NCBI GenBank assembly: GCA_012295275.1
Contig: CM022667.1
Span: 10,354,001 to 10,418,000 of the forward strand
Direction of reading: 5' to 3'
DNA from: Chrysomallon squamiferum
Taxonomy: Eukaryota; Animalia; Mollusca
DNA: 64,000 nucleotides
Numbering within the stretch: position 1 is the stretch's first letter; the number at the start of each line of letters is the position of its first letter. Below the pieces are notes generated by a model that saw nothing but the letters and a program-made list of their open reading frames with translations, was not told where the DNA came from and did no database searches. The translations under genes and the position numbers were made by a program. Below are positions 49,987 through 64,000 of this stretch, one piece after another.

Positions 49987-51859
49987 AAAAAACAATTGCT
50001 CATATCAGTATTTATCAATTTGTTTTAAAACTTCCTGTTATTATTTTCTTATAAAAACAGTGAAAATATTCTGTTAAGTCTCTAAGAATAATGGTACAGT
50101 TTTGATGATTGTTTGTTTGTTTTATATAAAAAGAAAAACAAATGAAATTAAATAAATAAATATATAAATAATGATTTTTAAAACTGTTTTATGTGTTAGT
50201 CTAAGTCGTTCAGTATACTGCATAATTTTTTTAATTTATTTTTTTTTTCTTCACGTTAATTCACTGATCAAATTTCTTCATAGATTTAAAAATACTTTCT
50301 TCCTCATGGTATAAAAATACCTTGGATTAGCACTTAATCCTTTTAATGCATTGACAGACAATAATGATCATTTTTGTTAATGGCTTTCTGTCATCTTCTC
50401 GACACATTTTATTACATTTGTGCAAATGTAGCACATAAATTGATCATAGAAAATTGACACTCAGACATTTTGTAAATGCACTTTCAGTTATTTTTTGATT
50501 ATTATTATTATTATTTTTTGATTTTGATAACACTTTTGTATATGAAACTGGAACAATTTATTCTTTTTTTTTAGGATCACTTGTATTGTTATTCAGTACT
50601 TGCTCATCACATGTTCTTTGTTCTTGTAGAAACACATATACACATAACTGTATACTAATAACAACATATCTAATTAGACAAGCATATAATATGTTAAACA
50701 GAATAAAAAATAAGCACACACAGGGAAACACATATATAATACAAATTTGATAATTTCATCTATTGAGCTATTACACTAAATATATTTTTATTTTTATTTT
50801 TATTATTTTTTAATAACCCGCCCTTTCCCCCAAAAAATGAAAATTAAAAACAAAAATAAACAAATAAATAAATAAATATATAAATAAAAATAAGTAATAA
50901 AGTAGGTAAGTCAGTAAGTAAGTAAGGAAGGAAGTGAATAAATAAATAAACTAAAAAACAAAACATTTTTTTTTGCCAGTTGTTACTGACTAAATTATAT
51001 TTTTACAATTTACTTATGTGAAAATGGATAATATTTCAGACAACAAAATATGCTGTTATATTGGAAGCAATACTGACTTGGACACTAGACATTAAAATTT
51101 TAAAAATGTTCAGTAACTGAACAGAACTCTAAAATTTCATCTTTTATTAGACATTGGGCAGACAGTACAGTAAGTTTTTATCTTTTTTGGATACAGGACA
51201 GTACACTGATGTTTCAAATTGTTTCAGATATCAAAAAGTACACAGAGAAAAAGCTGCTGTCATTGGCTAAATCTTCAGTCGCAAGGACACAGCCAAAAAA
51301 TTGGCACCTTTATCTGAATGCTTTCCCTGAAATCTGTCTCCTCAATCAGGAGGTAAATATTTGTCAAAGAAGAGGTTTTTTTTCTACTTTAGTACTGTTG
51401 TGAAGGATTATTTCTTACTAAAAAGTCTAAGTGAAAAAAATAGTGGCTGCAAGAAAAAATGTTTGACTGGTATCACATAACATTTTACTTCTCAAGTATT
51501 TTTATTGACAGTCATAATAATGTTCACTGTACACCAAGTAATAACAGCTTGTTTTCTTTTGGTCCAGTATTATACATGTAAGCCATTGTTAATTCTGTTG
51601 CTTAAAGAAGTCAGTACTCATTTCAGTAATGAAGAAATAGAACTGAAAATATATTTAAGGGCCTTTAAACAATTCATTCATTAATTTATATATATATATA
51701 ATTTATTGTAAAATATATTTGTAAATGTTCAGGTTGCTTGTTTCTTTTTCTTTCTTTTCCCCCTTTTCTCTACAGGGTGATTATTTCAATCCTTTTGACC
51801 TGAAGGCCTGTAACCCAGAAGCAGTGATGCCAAACCAGCCAGGAGTTTTTCGAGTTTGA
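45348..51859 (+). CDS. Uncharacterised protein, 9 coding exons, about 571 aa, Ser-rich middle and a coiled-coil-like segment
   Basis: Exons 45348-45462, 46185-46306, 46695-47554, 48137-48236, 48750-48827, 49340-49403, 49748-49915, 51228-51352, 51776-51859 join in frame via GT-AG: MSTMTSVGVGMIGRAPK...MEDLQNKLGRIKQPDPQLLKKQIQQSREAVQ...WHLYLNAFPEICLLNQEGDYFNPFDLKACNPEAVMPNQPGVFRV-stop. Family not recognised. Confidence 0.8.
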
Positions 51860-51965
51860 ACAGATCACTGAGTGATGAGAGCAGTGAAAATGAGTGATGC
51901 TGTGGTGCTTAGGAAGACATCTTGGATTTGTTTGTTCTTTTTTATTCAAAATGTTTATTGTAAGG

Positions 51966-52001
<36 letters not shown>

Positions 52002-52353
52002 TTTAAGTATTTTTCTAAACATTTATTACTTGAGAATTCCATTAGTAAGAGCAACATAACTGATTTTCATGGAATAATTCATTTCTTTGCAAATTGTTTA
52101 CAGAAATTTATTGTTATAGTGCTGAAGAAGGTTGTTTTCTTTTGTTTGTTTTTGTTTTAGACTGGGGGGTCATTTTATAAAATACTTCCAAAAATATATC
52201 ACTGTAATATCCATGGGGGGGTATGGAAGGATATGTTTCTGCACAGTGTTAACAAAAGTTTATTATTATAAGATGATGCTGCTTTTTTTTTTTTTTTTTG
52301 TAAGTATGTTGTAAGTCATTCTTTAAAATAATTATACAATTACACCAGTAGTT

Positions 52354-52402
<49 letters not shown>

Positions 52403-54114
52403 AGTTTTTGTTATTTTTTTATTTAGAAATAATGTTTGCAAAAGTTTATTAACATAATACTAAGTTAACATCATTAATTGAGGGAGTTTCTTTGGGGTTT
52501 TAAAAAAAATAATTTATGATTCTTCCAAGAATAAATAAGTGTAGTAGCTGTACTTAAGAAGATTTTACGTAGTGTGTTACCTGATGAAAGTTTAGTATTA
52601 ATATTCTGAGAGAAAAAAAAAAAAGATTTGGGGTTTTTAATAAAAAAAATTCAAATATATAACTGTATAGGTTCAGTACTTATAAGCAGATGTAGTTTTC
52701 TGTGCTTTTTTAATAATAAATGTTACAAAAATATATTATTACAACATGCAGAGGGATATATTATAGTAAAAAACATGAAATCAATGCAGTCATAACATTA
52801 TTTTATTAATATTACCACAGCTTTATTTCTCACATTTATTTTTTTATATTTTTTATTTTATTTATTTTTATTATACTATTTTTTTTGACATTTCAAAGAA
52901 AATGAACCAAAATTGTTATTAATAGAAACCATGATTAAATTCGTGTCGTTATTTTCATAAATGTTTTATTACCCATATGTAATGACTTCAGTCTTTTGCT
53001 AACCCAGGCCTACCTGATTCCTCTTTTGTGAACATGGCCCATTAAAAAAGAGCCCAGGTTTCAAGGACAAAAATAACTTACATAATACTTACCAACTGCC
53101 ACAAAAACACGTATATACAACTGCACATCTATTTCTCAAATATATAGATTTACTTGTTGATGAAGTATCAAACAAAACAGTTTTATTGGGAAGAATATTA
53201 TCTCCTAGGGTGGCCACACTCATTATTAGTAATTTAATACCATTATTTTCATCCATCCTTGGCCATTTGATTGTATTTAACTGCTTTGATTTCATATGTT
53301 ATTATAGCACATACACAAGACATGATACCTTCAACTTACAGTCCATGGTGATGCTTTAGTATTCATATTGTTTTCACTTAACAGATAATGCTGGATAAGC
53401 TGCAGTGATGTTAATTTTTTGTCAATATTAGATCATATTTTGTTTCATAATGTGAATTTGTGTGCATATGTATTTATGCATTTGTCCATGTGTTTAACTT
53501 TGTCAGTTCGTTTTCTTTTTTTTCTTTTTTAAAAGTTACTTCCATTCCATATTTTTACTCTTTTTTTCTTTATTTTAATATTTTTTTTCTTTTTAAAAAA
53601 AAAAATTATTTGTCTATCATACTGTATTTGATAATTTTGCCACTTAAATGTTTGTTTAGATTTTAAAGGACCAAACATTCCGTGATTTTGCCAGTTTTCA
53701 TTCATATGTAAATCTCAAAAAATATGCAAGTAACTGCGTTTTCTTTAGTTGAGCTGGATTTAATTTCTAATTCTCCAAATTTATGACAAAAATACATTAT
53801 ATCTATAATGAATTTACAATTAACTGACTTTTCTTTTTTCATTACTGTCATTTCCCAAAATAAATATGACATTTTTTATATAAATATTTGAATGTCAGTA
53901 ATTTCACTTAGCAAATGGATATAAATTTTAAAAATTTTAAACTTTAGAAGCACTGGTTTTGAGATGTGCTAAAGTTGTATAATAATAAATATGAAAGCTG
54001 AGTAACAGATAATAATATAAGCATACAAGATATAAGATATAATTTTTTGCTTATAGAAATGTGGTAACTCATAGTAAAGGAATCTGTCTTAAACAGTAAT
54101 CCATTTACCATTCA

Positions 54115-54690
54115 CTCACATTATTAAAATGTATATACATGTATGGGGTTGTTTTCGTTATTTTCTTTCTAATTTCACATTCTTCATATACTCATATTCC
54201 ATTATTAATACTATAAAAACAATACGTTTTTCTTCTTTTTGTTTCTTCTTTTTTTGTTTCTTTTGTATTCACATGCTATTGATTATCAGTACTAGTTAAA
54301 ATGTATGTATGTGTATGTTTTTTGTTGTTTTCTTTTTAATTTCATATCATCCATACACCCATGTCCATTATTAGTGCTATAAAAAAATGCAAGTTTTGTT
54401 TTGTTTTCTTTGTTTTAACATTTTGTATTTACCATATATTCAAGTTTGTTATTAGTACTACTATAAAAAAGTACATGTTTTTTGTTGTTTTTATTTTGTA
54501 TTCACATAAAATAACATTCATTATTAGTACTAGTTAAAATGTATGTATGTATATTTCTTTTATTTTCATATACATCATAAATTCATGTTTCTGTTATTGG
54601 TACTATTAAAAATATATGGTTTTCTGTTTTAAAATTTTATATTCATTATACAGTCATATTTTCTTTATTAGTACTAATTGTTTTTTGTTT
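54115..54690. repeat. Highly degenerate tandem repeat of roughly 70-85 bp
   Basis: Recurrent attagtacta(g)ttaaaa(t)gta core followed by T-rich sequence. Confidence 0.6.
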
Positions 54691-56019
54691 TTCTTTTTAA
54701 AAATATATCTGTCAAATGTGTATGCTCTTTTTTCTTCTTTTTAAAGAAAAATGTTCTGTGATCTAGTCATTTGTATTTTCAAAAAAACTGTACATTTTTT
54801 AGCTTTTTCCCCAGTATTCTATAATCTAGTCAATGTACTGCTGTGAATATAAGATATATGTGCAATTTTTTTTCTTTTGCTAAATGTTCCTTAATCTAGA
54901 CATTTTTTTATTTATTGTTCCAATATATTATTTTATACATATTTCTTTTTACATTTTTTCGTAATTATGTTTTCTTATTGTTACACCAGTTGCCATGTTA
55001 CTAGTGTTTTGTCTTTCAATATATACTGATAAGTCATCAAGTTACCATTGTTTTATGTTATTAGCAATAAGTACATTCTGCTGGTTGAATTATTCATTTA
55101 ATACAAATGCATTAACTGAAATTGTGATTATCAATAACAAAAATTTTTTTTTTTCTTTCTCTTAAATATTTATAGCTGCCGTCCTTTTTTTCCTGTTATT
55201 TTTAGCTTATACTTTTACAACATGTATTTATCAAATCTAGTCATTTTATATACTAAACATAATGCCAAGAACTGATATAATTTATATTTGTTTTAATCTT
55301 TTCATTTAAGTTTTTGTTCTAGTCATGTTTTAAATGTATATCATACTGATATGCTGTATTTCTGTTGTATTTTCTTAATCATTAAAAAACATTGTATCAG
55401 AAACATCCATTGGTAAAGGGGAACCCATTTTTTTTGATGTGTTCAGTTCAGCATTGTTCCTTTTTACCTTCTGATTGCTTATTATTAATATAATTATTTG
55501 AATGTTTTAAACAGGAATGTGAATAATAGTTAAAGAAAATGGTGAATGTGAACAATTTGTAGTATTTGAAATTATGCAAATACGATAAATCTTTTTGGTT
55601 TGTTGTGCCTGTGTATGGTTGTTGTGAATGTGTACTCTGTGTGTGTCTGTGTTTGTGTTTGTGTTTGTGTTCTGAAAGAGTGAGTATAGGCAGAAATAGA
55701 AAAGATAAGGGATAAGGACATAACTTGTACATAGAGAGAGAGGATAAAGAGAATATTTTGTATTTTTCAATGTTACATTTAATTAAAAATACATGATATG
55801 ATTGTTGGTTGTAATGGTAGAACACATTTCAAACTGTTCATTAATAATCATTCCATACTGTTATTTTCATTATCAAGCTTTTTATTTACAAGGTCCAGTG
55901 TCATATTTACATTTTCATATTTTATTAGGAAACTCTGGATTTCCAGTATATATATGCAAGGTTGTGCAAAAAATTATTTTCTGTTTATATTGATGTTTCA
56001 TTGAGATTGCATTAAAAAC

Positions 56020-56088
<69 letters not shown>

Positions 56089-57152
56089 TAAATAAATAAA
56101 TAAATAAATAAAAATAAAAATAAATAAATATAAATGAGAAAAATATAAATAAAAAAAAATATACTGATAAATAACTATGATAAGGATTTAAAATGCAGAC
56201 ATTTTAATTTGAAGAAAAATGTTTGGTGTCCACCATTTTATTATTATTTTAAACCTGATTATTATACAGGATTTTATTGTTCTGCATCTATGATAACTTA
56301 CAAGGTGTTGATCTGATCTGTCAAAAAGACATATTAATAACTGGCTACATTTAGTTTTCACTTTACCATGTGTGTTTTTGCAGAGTTTAGTATTATATTC
56401 CAAAGACAAATATTCATGTTATATTTTGCATTAATAAAGAGAAAAAGAAGAAAAAAAAACTCTAAGTGTTTTGTCTCATTTGTTTTTCTTTTTAAGTGTC
56501 ATTATCAAATGTTCCAGTGTTTTTAACCTCTTCAGTGATTATTGTTATCCAGTGACAGAAATTTTCCAGAAGTAGACAATATTGAGATCTACTGAACCGA
56601 TGAAAATGTAATTCAAAACACCTTAGATTCTGACATGACAGTTTTTGGTGACCATGGAAACCATGTTAATATTTGTAGCTACCATAATGGCTGCCAATAA
56701 AATTGAAGATGTTAAAGTGCTAGTTTGAGAAGAAACTTGTGGCAGAAGTGCTTTTTGATATTTGTTTTCCTGTTGCCACATCAATTTATACAAATTGTGT
56801 TTGACATAAAATATATAAATATATATTTAAAAAAAAAAAAAGTCTCCAACATTCTTATGAGAATGCATGCATTTATACCAACTTTTCCAATAAAACATTT
56901 CTGATGTTTTTGTTAATTTTAGCAATAATGTAGGCAAAATATTGCTGTCATTATGAGAAAAAGAAAAAAATTTCAAAAGGTTAAAAAACACAGAGTTGTT
57001 ATTGCTGCTGATAGTAACATATTTTCTTAAATCCATGACCAATAATACCTTGAACCTTGAAAAAAATTAACGTGCCAATCAGAGCAAGCTGTTGTGAAGC
57101 ACGTCTACGACAGGCACGCTTTCTGACAGGTCCAATAATAGTAGTTGTAGTA

Positions 57153-57198
<46 letters not shown>

Positions 57199-57753
57199 GG
57201 GTCAGATCTCAGTGTCCGTGGATACATGGTTATATAAAATAAAGTAATATTTGACTACTCATTGATACTGCTCATACTGTTAGGCATTGTTATAGCTAAA
57301 ACAAATGAAAATCTTATTGATTACAGAATTCCATTATACTTTATGACGCCATAAAAGTAGAAATTATTATATAGTAATTTATTTACTTATTTATTTATTA
57401 TTTTTTTAAAACCCCACTTTTTTTTTCTTCATATTTTCGATCCTCGTATGCTAAACCAACCCATAAAGAATTCTAATTAAAAATTAAATCAGTGGGAGTT
57501 TGTTGATCGGTTTTCAACATTTGCAAGCGTAACATTTAATATAACAGATTATATTTGTATGTTTATCCAAAGAAGAGCACTGAAAATAAATAAATGATAT
57601 ACTTAAAATTAAAAACAAAATAAACTGGAAATTATTATACAATTTCTATTTCCAGATTTTATTAAACATCTTTTTCAGTCTTAGGTTTCCTTTATCAGTA
57701 GTGTTATAATGATATTATCCTTGTTATTTTACGAATTTGATTTCTATGTTACG

Positions 57754-57803
<50 letters not shown>

Positions 57804-59932
57804 CGGCCTTCTAACTTCCAGTTTTGGTACGTGAGTGATGTAAAACGATAGAGTCACTAAACAGTTTATTAAAAGTAATCACCAGGAATCTTTTGGTCAG
57901 TTATGAAAATAATAGAATTTATACCGAAGACCGATAATAATGTGAGAGAGAGAGACATATCACAGATTTTATTACATAAATTAAAATTATTATTAAATGA
58001 TTTTGTGTTGCCGAGGATAGCAACATTTTAAATTGGGAAGTGTGTGGTATAGAGAAATAATAGTCATTGTTTCCTATTCTATGAAGGTAGTATTAGCAAG
58101 ATGACTGCCTCCTACTGGAAGCTTTCGTTAGCTCTCGGAACTGCATGGTCATATGACATGACCAGATATGGCAACTGCTGCCTAGAATTCAAGGGAAACG
58201 TTATCAGAGACCGTGCCTGTCACAGACGTGATCACCAACAGCTTGCTATGATTAGTACGTTAAAAAAAAAAAAAAAATTGTTGTTGGTCTGTCTGCAAGG
58301 CATTGCACTCTGGTCCTTGACACTGAAGGACCTCAAACAAGTGTTAGTGAAGGCGGCGACACTGGTCTTGTTTTTTTTTTTTTTTTTTTTTTTTTTTTCT
58401 AATTGGTTTTGTTTTTGTTTTGCAACAGCAGAATCTTTATTATGATTTGTGTTAATTAACTACGGTTTTATGAACATGGTCAATTTGTCCTCCTTGGAGA
58501 CGCCAGAATTACAATGTTGTAGACGTTAACATTTCTATATCAGAGATTACCTAGTATTAAAGTCCTTTGATTTGAAAACCCCGTCTTGGTTGTTTATTCC
58601 TTTTGAGTAACTTATATAGTGAGTAACTGAGTTACGTACATATATCATATCGATATTATATGATCCGCCCCCCTACCTCCGTTACAATCAGATTCATGTT
58701 CAATGTTCAACGGTCATTTCCCCATTCCAAACACTGTTCCACCATTAGATTATGAAAGGCCTGCGTAAGTTATTTCCTGTATGGAAAAGATGTAACAACT
58801 TTTTTGAATATATTCTAATCAATGAATATCTTTTAGATTGCGACAGCGTTTTCCTTACTCATATCATTATTAAATACATAGATTCACACGCACTCACACC
58901 CGAAAGCACGCACACGCATACTTTTTACTGTCAGAAAACCACAGATGCCATTAAAGTAAAAACATTCATTCTGTAAAAAAAATAATTACACTTTTTGAGC
59001 TTTTATTTTAATTTAAACTGACGTGTGAGTAAGGTTTTACGTTTTTGCATACTGAATTTATGTTAATTAATGTTGTTTTCGTTTATATTTCAAGCATTTT
59101 TGTTTAATAGCATATTTTGATCCTTATTAAGTCCATGGTATAATGATACCAATTTAGCATGTTTGCCTGCTGTTGCTAGTAGTAGCATGGTCGGAATTAG
59201 GTTTGACCGAAAATACCGCATATCTCGTTTAGATTGTTAGATAATTATAAACCAAAATTTTATCGGATTTATAAAATTATTTTGCTATTTTAATTTAATT
59301 ATAAGCCACTAATAGTATTTTTTTTAAATCGTTACAAAAATTTTGACAGTAATTAAAGCAGATTTTAAACTTTCTATTATTAAATAATAGTTATTTAAGA
59401 TCTGAAGATTGCAAGTCGGAAAGGATTACATATGTACTCTGTTGAAATGCAATTCCGTTCGTATGCACAGACAGGCTCATATTGGGAAGCACATACCCCG
59501 TTAATAAACTAATTTTTGAACTCCTATTTGAGGAGAAATCATAAACATAATTGCTTTTAGGGGAGAAAAGAAAGAGTTATGTTTTTGAGTAATCGTTCTA
59601 CTTGATGTTTTTATGTCGTAGATACAGATCAAGCAGTCGAACAGTGTGTATGTACGCTAATGTATAGAAATTTATAGAAAACGTGAAAATAATAAATAGT
59701 AATAACAGATCAAAAACAAAGAAAGTTGAAAATAAATAACGCAAGTTAATAATTTATAAATGTGATAATTTTACTTAGACATTTGTATGTGTCTGGCTCT
59801 CACACACCGAAGTATTTTTCAACTACGTGTGGCTAAATTCATATTTAATTTGTAAACTAAATGGATACTATTTTACAACAGCAGCATTATAAAATCCTGC
59901 CGATGTCCTTAATTATTATTATTACTTTTTTT

Positions 59933-59970
<38 letters not shown>

Positions 59971-60723
59971 GTTTCAAGGTCTCTAGCAAATCAAAGCGGT
60001 TTAAGTATACAAATTCAAAGTGATAGCAAAACAGTTTATTGCTGTTTTTCCTATTTAGAAACTGGGACGAGTCCATTAATTCATTACAGTTAGGTTGGTC
60101 TTGTCAAGGTCAACGTAACTCATTATGATTTTCATTTTATATATAATAAAAAAAAGACAAATAAATAAATAACATTAAAAAATAATAAATAAAATAATTA
60201 ATTAAAAAAAAAAAAACATCAGCGAACAGTTTAAAGGGTGCGGCTTATGAACCATTCTGGACGTTTATGTAAATACTCTGATGTTAACAAAAGCATTGTA
60301 TTCTCTATAATGGGCGCTTTTTTCTTCTTCTTCTTTTTTTTTTTTTTTTCTTTTCTTTCTTTCTTTTTTTTTTACTTTTTGAGGGCGCTGACCTTTGCTG
60401 GAACATTTCACTTGACATCCATAACTTTTTAGTAATGACAACTAGATCTAGGCATGAAACCGTCAAATTCCTCTAAAATTAATAGCGTTGGTTGGTTCGC
60501 CCCCAGAACAGATGAGGAAAAACCCCACCAGCAGACAGTGTAGCGAGCACAGGAAGTCTCTGTTATCCGAATGGGCAGTGGTGAAGATCGAGAGCGATTT
60601 TGAGGAATACGGATTTAAGTCATGAGAGAAATCGTTAAAACTTTAATGAGTAATTAATTAAACTTTTATTTATACCATCAGAAATACCATTTAAGTTTAA
60701 TCCGTAAATTCTGCTATTGCTAT

Positions 60724-60761
<38 letters not shown>

Positions 60762-61367
60762 TTACTACTACTATTATTATTACTACTACAGAAATAATAA
60801 CCATATAAAGAAGGAATAAAAGGAAAGAACATCGCATATTGAACGTCCCATAATTACGTCTCTGAATAGTACTGTCTATTTTTGTTTGTTTGTTTGTTAT
60901 ATTGATAAAAACACAGATAACATACCCATTAACAAAGACAAAATAAACACATACACACTCATGCACGTACAAAACAATATCATAATAATAAAAATAAAGA
61001 ATGCAGAGCAATTAATCGGCAATTAACCTGTTTATGTAAATCAAAGGTATATTAAAACATTGTCCTGTTCATTACCTGTCTAGAATTATTTCATGCAGTT
61101 GTTGATCGAAATTAAATGAGACGGAATGACGTCGCATTTTTCACTGGAGCTGTTTTGTTTAATTTCTTCAAAGCGAAAATGTTCTGTTCCGAAAGCTGCT
61201 TAAGTCACGATGTGCTCATTATGTTTCTAAAAATAGATTAATATTAAAGCTATTAAACAAAAAAGATTACGTGCTTGGTTGCGCCTGCGCCCTTTGTTTT
61301 ATGTATTAGTGATTTTCCATTATTCTTCGAATTTATTTTTATTTTTTTTTTATTATTATTTTTTTTT

Positions 61368-61406
<39 letters not shown>

Positions 61407-61787
61407 ATTCGATCTCACTGTAATTAGTCAGGTATTCTGTATCAATCTTTGGCTTGTTAAACATGGCGAGCTCTTAAAGTCAAACCAGCGAGTTACCGTT
61501 CTTAGACTAATTATGTGTCACCTAAAATTGACTTTGGCCATCCTACTAATATCACTTTCTTATTGTTATCCTTTTATTATTATTATTATTGTTATTATTA
61601 TTTTTTAATTTTATTGCTATTATTATTAGTGTTGTTTTTACTGATGCTGATGTTGTTGTCGTGGTTGTCGTCATCATCAGTAACAACAAACTGATATTTT
61701 ATTAACTTTGGCTATCATGTTATTGTTAAAGTTCTTCTTCTTCTTCTTCTTCTTCTTATTATTATTATTATTATTATTATTATTCGT

Positions 61788-61820
<33 letters not shown>

Positions 61821-62091
61821 TGCAGTTTAAATTGTTTCTGAAAATGTATATATTTTTAATATCAGGGTTAATAAAGTCAATAGAGAGTTAAATGGACATT
61901 ATAAATAAATGTAGAATATAAGAATAAAAACGATTTTATTATAATTTTAATTTCTTTGTCTGCTCTCTATCTGTCTACCTTGTTAATTATTTTATGGTTG
62001 TATGCATAAAGGTGACCTTGATGTTTTCCTTCAACACGATCCATTAATAACAAAGACCTAATATAAAATAAAAAAAAAAAAAAAAAATAAA

Positions 62092-62141
<50 letters not shown>

Positions 62142-62941
62142 GAGCAATAATAAAAATAAAAAGAAAAAGAAAAGAAAACAGAAAAAAAGATTTAGTCACG
62201 ATTCCACAAATTAACGAGTATTTTACCTTACAGAATCACATTAAAAATATTCTTTAATTATCTCCCTTTTATGTTACCGCTTCTTTCTAATTACCTTTTC
62301 TTTTCTTTTTGAAAATTTTAATTATTATTTTCTTTTGCGCATTACATATAATAGCCTTTTTTCCTTTCGTTTTTCATGTCAAAAAATATCACTGGTTTGT
62401 GTAAATGTCACCAGACGAAATTTAGAAAGCCAAAGATTCCCAAATTTCAAATTTTCCCTTACGTTCATAATTAATAGACTATTTTATTGCATACTTTGCC
62501 TAATTGAGTTGATCGTAGTAATTATAAATTCACTTTGTTGATGTTTAGCTGAAAGCTATTTTTAATCTTACAGGTTAGACAAGATTTATAAATAAAAAAC
62601 CCAAAAACTAATAATAATAAATTTAAAATAAATGCAAGTACACTGTATATTAAACATGAACATATAATTTAAAATTTTGTTTTTATTATGTTGTGATATC
62701 GTATGCTATTCGATGCTGTGCTATGTTATGCAATTCTATGCTATATTATACTGCTATGTTGGGTTTGTAGTATAGGGTAACATGTCAAGTCTAGTATAGT
62801 GTTGTATAGTATAGAATGGTATAATGTAATATACTGTACTTCAGTACACTATATTATAGTATGCTATGCAATATTGTATGTGTATACATTTTACTTTATA
62901 TTAATTTTATTTATTTTATTTTATTATGATTTTTAATGTTC

Positions 62942-62984
<43 letters not shown>

Positions 62985-63080
62985 TTATAGATTTTGAAGC
63001 TAACACAATTACTAATCTTACTAAAACATTGAAATCAGAAGAGGGAAAGGTGAAATAATGATTGCTATTATCGCCAAAAC

Positions 63081-63132
<52 letters not shown>

Positions 63133-63524
63133 AATTTTTCGTTAATGTTGTTTTCTGTCATCCGTTTTGGACGTAAAACACCTGGTAATTCGGATATATA
63201 ATCTTTCGAATAAAACTACATTTTTTAATTAGTATTGAAAAACACAAAAAAAAAAAACTTCCATTAAGCACAACAACGATAAATTCTCAATAGTTAGACA
63301 GTTTAAAACAACAAACTTCAAGGTTGAGTGCACGCACTGTCATCACACGACAGCAACTCAATCATCCGTGAAAAGAAGGATTACGACGGAAAAACGGAAT
63401 ACTATGTAAATAGTTTATTAATTTTGTTGAGATTTAGGGGAATTCCGATCGACTTTTACATCCGATATCAATGAATGTTTTTAATAAGCGGGATTGTATT
63501 GCTTAAAATAACATCTATAAGCAT

Positions 63525-63564
63525 ACGTGTGTGTGTTTGTGTGTGTATATGTCTATGTGTGTGT

Positions 63565-63599
<35 letters not shown>

Positions 63600-63860
63600 T
63601 GATCATATATTTTGTGTGTGATTAAGTTCTGGAAAAAGACTCGAATTGGTAGTGTTAAAATAAAATAAATAGTACAAATAAAAATAATAAAAGCACAGAA
63701 ACACATATGCATATACACATACATACATACATACATACATATATACATACATACACGTACATACAACATGTATTTACAATGATCCATAGACAGATGCAAC
63801 CATCCACACACACACATACAAACACACACACACATATGCAAACACACGTATACACACATC
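63525..63860. repeat. Compound TG/TA/CA/CATA microsatellite cluster
   Basis: Direct observation. Confidence 0.85.
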
Positions 63861-64000
63861 TATAGATTATAGGAAACATAATTAGTTAATTAACTGATCA
63901 AGTTTCATTTGGCCAGTGTAGTCTCAGAGAGAACTCACACGTTTTAATTTAATGTGGCATTTTCTTATTCGATGAAACTATATATATGTGTGATAGTGAA

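Noticed and set aside
51228-51859. IkB/ankyrin interpretation of LLNQEGD together with DSG motifs
   Set aside because: No TPLH-type ankyrin repeats follow; the protein ends about 28 residues later.
58101-58445. 114-aa plus-strand ORF
   Set aside because: Runs through poly-A and poly-T tracts, with no recognisable domain or splice partners.

Overview
Eukaryotic, very AT-rich and microsatellite-dense DNA with GT-AG introns. The style resembles a coleoid cephalopod or other mollusc, but that is inference only. I reconstructed three spliced genes by hand, checking reading phase at each junction. (1) A minus-strand CARMIL/LRRC16 capping-protein regulator (ATG 36448, more than 30 exons, probably running off the left edge) with PH, LRR, helical dimerisation, CPI and Pro/Ser-rich regions. 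(2) A minus-strand speriolin/SPATC1L-like gene (42627-38437, 6 coding exons, about 600 aa). (3) A divergent plus-strand gene of unrecognised family (45348-51859, 9 coding exons, about 571 aa). 52-64 kb appears non-coding. There are no prokaryotic systems, CRISPR arrays, tRNA/rRNA genes or intact transposons. The most interesting signal is a modular splicing zone in CARMIL between the dimerisation domain and the CPI motif: three frame-preserving microexons, an in-frame alternative donor, four symmetric phase-1 cassette exons, nearby TGCATG motifs and an AG|GT site. Tandem duplications that copy splice sites also recur in this gene. All exon calls are predictions without transcript evidence.
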